Below the pieces are notes generated by a model that searched no databases, was not told where the DNA came from, and saw nothing but the letters and a program-made list of their open reading frames with translations. A stretch of DNA of 64,000 nucleotides from a bacterium (GTDB lineage: Bacteria; Babelota; Babeliae; Babelales; Vermiphilaceae): positions 920,281 to 984,280 of the forward strand of contig CP064961.1 in NCBI GenBank assembly GCA_016699125.1, written 5' to 3'. Shown here in pieces: positions 61,208 to 64,000 of this stretch; the first letter of the stretch is position 1, and every line of letters begins with the position of its first letter. The translations under genes and the position numbers were made by a program.

Positions 61208-62107
61208 TTGGAAATGAAAAGTATTTTAACAATACTCGTATGTCTCTTTGCAGTGCCTATTAATTGCATGAAGCAAAAAGTCAATTTGCATGCACCAGTA
61301 AATTTTACAGATATAAAAAACTATAGAATTAATGATACTGATTTGTACATTGCGTACGATACCCAAGAGTTTAGTATTAATAAACCATTTATCGAAGCAT
61401 GGAATGGTTTTATAAATGATAAGTGGGTATCAGGCATAAAAAATAGTGAACAATCAGTTAAAATTAATCTGTTAGTTTTTAAGACGATACTCGAAAAGCA
61501 TAATTTAGAATATCCAAAACGACTTTTATTTGGCATACATGGAAGGTTCAGGGTGTTGCAAGAAAAATTTAAAGAAAAACCGTATTATGATCATCAGCAC
61601 AATTATTTTTCAATTTTAACGAGTGATTCGAATACCCCTATTTTTTATAATCAATGGTGGGCAATGAACTTATACATTGCTTCATCCGAATGGGAAATAT
61701 ATCATTCTTATGAAAAGGATAGCAAATATTGTGATTATACAAAAAAGCTTGCTGCATGTCAGTGGCGTAAAAAAATTTTTGATGCGACGCAACCACTCCT
61801 TAATAGGGGGCACACGCCGTATTTTTATTTTGAAAAGGGAACTTTTGATAAGCAGATTGGTACGCTTTTTTTTAGGGAAAATAAGATAAATCGAACATGG
61901 CTTACAAAAATCTTATATCCAGCTAAACATGATTCGTATTTAAACATTATAAATCCTGCATTGCAAAAACCTGAATATATAGAAGAAAAACAGAGCGTGA
62001 AACATATTGAGGGGCCAAACATTGTTTCTTTGGAAAATACATTTAGGTTGTTAACAAATAGGCTTGACCTTGAACTAAAAAATATATGGAGTCACTTGAA
62101 TTATTAA
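61208..62107 (+). CDS. secreted protein, paralog of the N-terminal module of the 4328-6877 protein
   Basis: 299 aa. Signal peptide. NLEYPKRLLFGIHG vs [15 protein letters not shown]. Confidence 0.5.
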   Translation: MEMKSILTILVCLFAVPINCMKQKVNLHAPVNFTDIKNYRINDTDLYIAYDTQEFSINKPFIEAWNGFINDKWVSGIKNSEQSVKINLLVFKTILEKHNLEYPKRLLFGIHGRFRVLQEKFKEKPYYDHQHNYFSILTSDSNTPIFYNQWWAMNLYIASSEWEIYHSYEKDSKYCDYTKKLAACQWRKKIFDATQPLLNRGHTPYFYFEKGTFDKQIGTLFFRENKINRTWLTKILYPAKHDSYLNIINPALQKPEYIEEKQSVKHIEGPNIVSLENTFRLLTNRLDLELKNIWSHLNY

Positions 62108-63024
62108 TAACTACACAGATGAGCATTATTCATAATACAGTTGATAAGGCCTTTGAAAACATTACAAATGGAATAGTAACTTTACGCATGATGCAGGAAG
62201 CATTTGAGATTGAAACTGACGCTGATCGTTGGGGAAATAGAGAGCCTGTTTTGAAAAATGATGATCCAGTTTTAATTTACAAATATATAGCAAATAATAT
62301 AGAACAGTTTTTTGATGAAAAACTTGATCAAAAGGTATGGACAGAAGAAATGGAGCCATTCTTTTTAAAAAAATTTAGCAGTCAAGAACTTGATAGTGCT
62401 TTTTTATTCATTATAAGCAGGATGATTGGGAAAAATGATATTTATACTGTTTTAAAAAAGCTAAAACAGCCATTGTTAGAAGCAGACTTTATAAGGTTAA
62501 CTTATCCTAATCTTTTAAATAATGCAGGCAGCCTATCACAATCTAAAGAAAGACATGATGAAATCGATAAGTTTGTTAAGAAATATATTGAAATTATAAA
62601 TACATTTATGCAGCTTTCTGAAAGTCATACAAATATAACCAGACTTATAGCTTTGCTAGAGAAAGAGTATAGTGTTTTAAATGAATTTTTACCAAGCTTA
62701 CAAGTTACAATAAAAAATGATTGGGAACAGTTTCCTCCATTTGGTAATTTTCATGGCTCAACTCTTTCTGAGGGAGCTCAAACAAACACAGAAGAACTTT
62801 TAGATAAAATTACCTATGATTCTTCGAGGTTGTTGTATCTAGAAAACAAAAATATTATGTCAGTGAATAAAACAACTTCTTCAGCGTTAGAATATATTAA
62901 GAATCTTTTAAAAAAAAATATTATTAAAAACAATGATGATTTTGATGATATTTTAGAGTCGATGTTACAGGCAACACCTCAAGAATTAGAAATTATTTAT
63001 CCTTATTCTATCATGAGAGTTTAA
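62086..63024 (+). CDS. protein paralogous to the central module of the 4328-6877 protein (possibly the second half of a split gene)
   Basis: 312 aa. KNIIKNNDDFDDILESML vs [17 protein letters not shown]. Overlaps the upstream ORF by 22 nt. Confidence 0.5.
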   Translation: MESLELLITTQMSIIHNTVDKAFENITNGIVTLRMMQEAFEIETDADRWGNREPVLKNDDPVLIYKYIANNIEQFFDEKLDQKVWTEEMEPFFLKKFSSQELDSAFLFIISRMIGKNDIYTVLKKLKQPLLEADFIRLTYPNLLNNAGSLSQSKERHDEIDKFVKKYIEIINTFMQLSESHTNITRLIALLEKEYSVLNEFLPSLQVTIKNDWEQFPPFGNFHGSTLSEGAQTNTEELLDKITYDSSRLLYLENKNIMSVNKTTSSALEYIKNLLKKNIIKNNDDFDDILESMLQATPQELEIIYPYSIMRV

Positions 63025-63142
63025 GCTTTGAAATATAAAGGACGAGCTCGTATCATTTTGTTTTACTTAATCGTCTTAGATAAAACTCGTGCAAGCTCTT
63101 CGTAGAAACAAAACGCTGCCATAAAAAGGACATCTAAGAACC

Positions 63143-63998
63143 AGTATTCATGGACGACATAACCGTCGCAAAAGAAGCATGGAATGGGCAATCATGACCA
63201 TATTTTCTGCTACCGTGACTACGATTTCATAATCTTTAGACAACCTTCTAAAGTTATTGAGCCAAGCGAAGGTTCTTTCAACAACCCACCGCTTTGCAAG
63301 CACAGCCCATCCTGGAGTGATGCGTTCTGATATTTCTATAATTTTGTTCAATATATTTTTCACAAATTCCTCCATCGTTTTTCTGTAACCGGCATCAGCA
63401 CAAACGCCTTGTAAACTAGGGTATTTTTGCAATGCTTCTTCAAAAACTTTGCATCCAGCGACTGTATCATGTGTATTTGCTTCATGCACTTGGATGTGTA
63501 GCAGATGGCCTTGCGTATCAACTACAATGTGCCGCTTACGACCCTTTATTTTTTTTTCCGCCATCAATGCCTTTTTTTTCTGCTGCACTGGTAGTTTTGA
63601 CACTTTGTGAATCAATAATACTATAACTGGGATCGGCATTTCTCACAGCCTTGATTCGACAGGCTGTGACCAGTTCATTCATAATTTTTTCCCATATGCC
63701 CTTCAGTCTGCATCTACGATAAAATGAATGTACTGTCGAATACGGTGGAAAATCTTTTGGCAGCATACGCCATTGACAACCAGTTTTGATAATATAAAAC
63801 ACAGCATTCACAAGCTCTCTTTTGCTGTATTTCTTTCTGTTACCATAGTTGCCACAAGTAAAATTGTGTGCTATTACTTCCCATTCACTATCGCTTACGT
63901 CGCTTGGATATCTCATGTTTATTCCATCTTGCTTTGTTTATATCACTTTTTCATATCACAGATACTTTCAGTATATCACAATTTTTTTCCATGAATAC
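63143..63998 (-). mobile_element. IS5-family insertion sequence (orfA/orfB frameshift type), right end near window edge
   Basis: gtattcatgg at 63144-63153 and its reverse complement at 63989-63998. orfA 63536-63916 overlaps orfB 63148-63639. Confidence 0.65.
63148..63916 (-). CDS. IS5-family transposase OrfAB (overlapping frames, probable programmed frameshift)
   Basis: OrfA has the HTH/YIIKTGCQWRMLP motif. OrfB has a DDE region (...CADAGY...ERTFAWLNNFRRLSKDYE). Confidence 0.75.
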
Positions 63999-64000
63999 AT

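Overview
AT-rich bacterial chromosomal window (roughly mid-30s % GC by eye) with a mosaic layout. Recognisable housekeeping genes are present: pth, a Skp/OmpH-like chaperone, rho with a long polar N-terminal extension, secF, rpmA, polA, aspS, nfo, mutL, a GspF/PilC-type platform protein, and a minus-strand tRNA cluster Ser(TGA)-Arg(ACG)-Ser(GCT). They are interleaved with accessory DNA. The accessory DNA includes an ISAs1-family IS with an intact 10-bp target duplication, a frameshifted IS30-family element plus a ~300-bp internal-deletion derivative of it, and two IS5-family elements with orfA/orfB frameshift structure. It also includes several segmental duplications: a ~0.8-kb inverted pair at 22.5-23.3 kb vs 56.2-57.0 kb, a ~0.47-kb direct pair at 23.3-23.8 kb vs 49.7-50.2 kb, and a transplanted promoter-leader module. 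A mosaic region of gene fragments lies at 49.7-50.7 kb. Many genes encode secreted or tail-anchored proteins in tandem paralogous families with eukaryote-like features. The most notable are a P-type ATPase homolog with systematically degenerate catalytic motifs, and a large protein carrying ~14 perfect 15-bp tandem repeats that encode an (EKERL)n E/R/K-rich tract. Others are a membrane-anchored MutS domain-V ATPase, HExxH metallopeptidase-like paralogs (one pair linked to a DUF4143 AAA ATPase and duplicated as an inverted repeat), and an apparent 3-gene overlapping operon. That operon encodes a secreted protein, a membrane protein whose architecture resembles a pentameric ligand-gated ion channel, and a signal-peptide-bearing PPP-family Ser/Thr phosphatase fused to a periplasmic-binding-protein-like domain. 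No CRISPR array, restriction-modification system or known toxin-antitoxin genes were recognised. The features suggest a host-associated (possibly amoeba- or protist-associated) bacterium, but the taxon cannot be fixed from the sequence alone.
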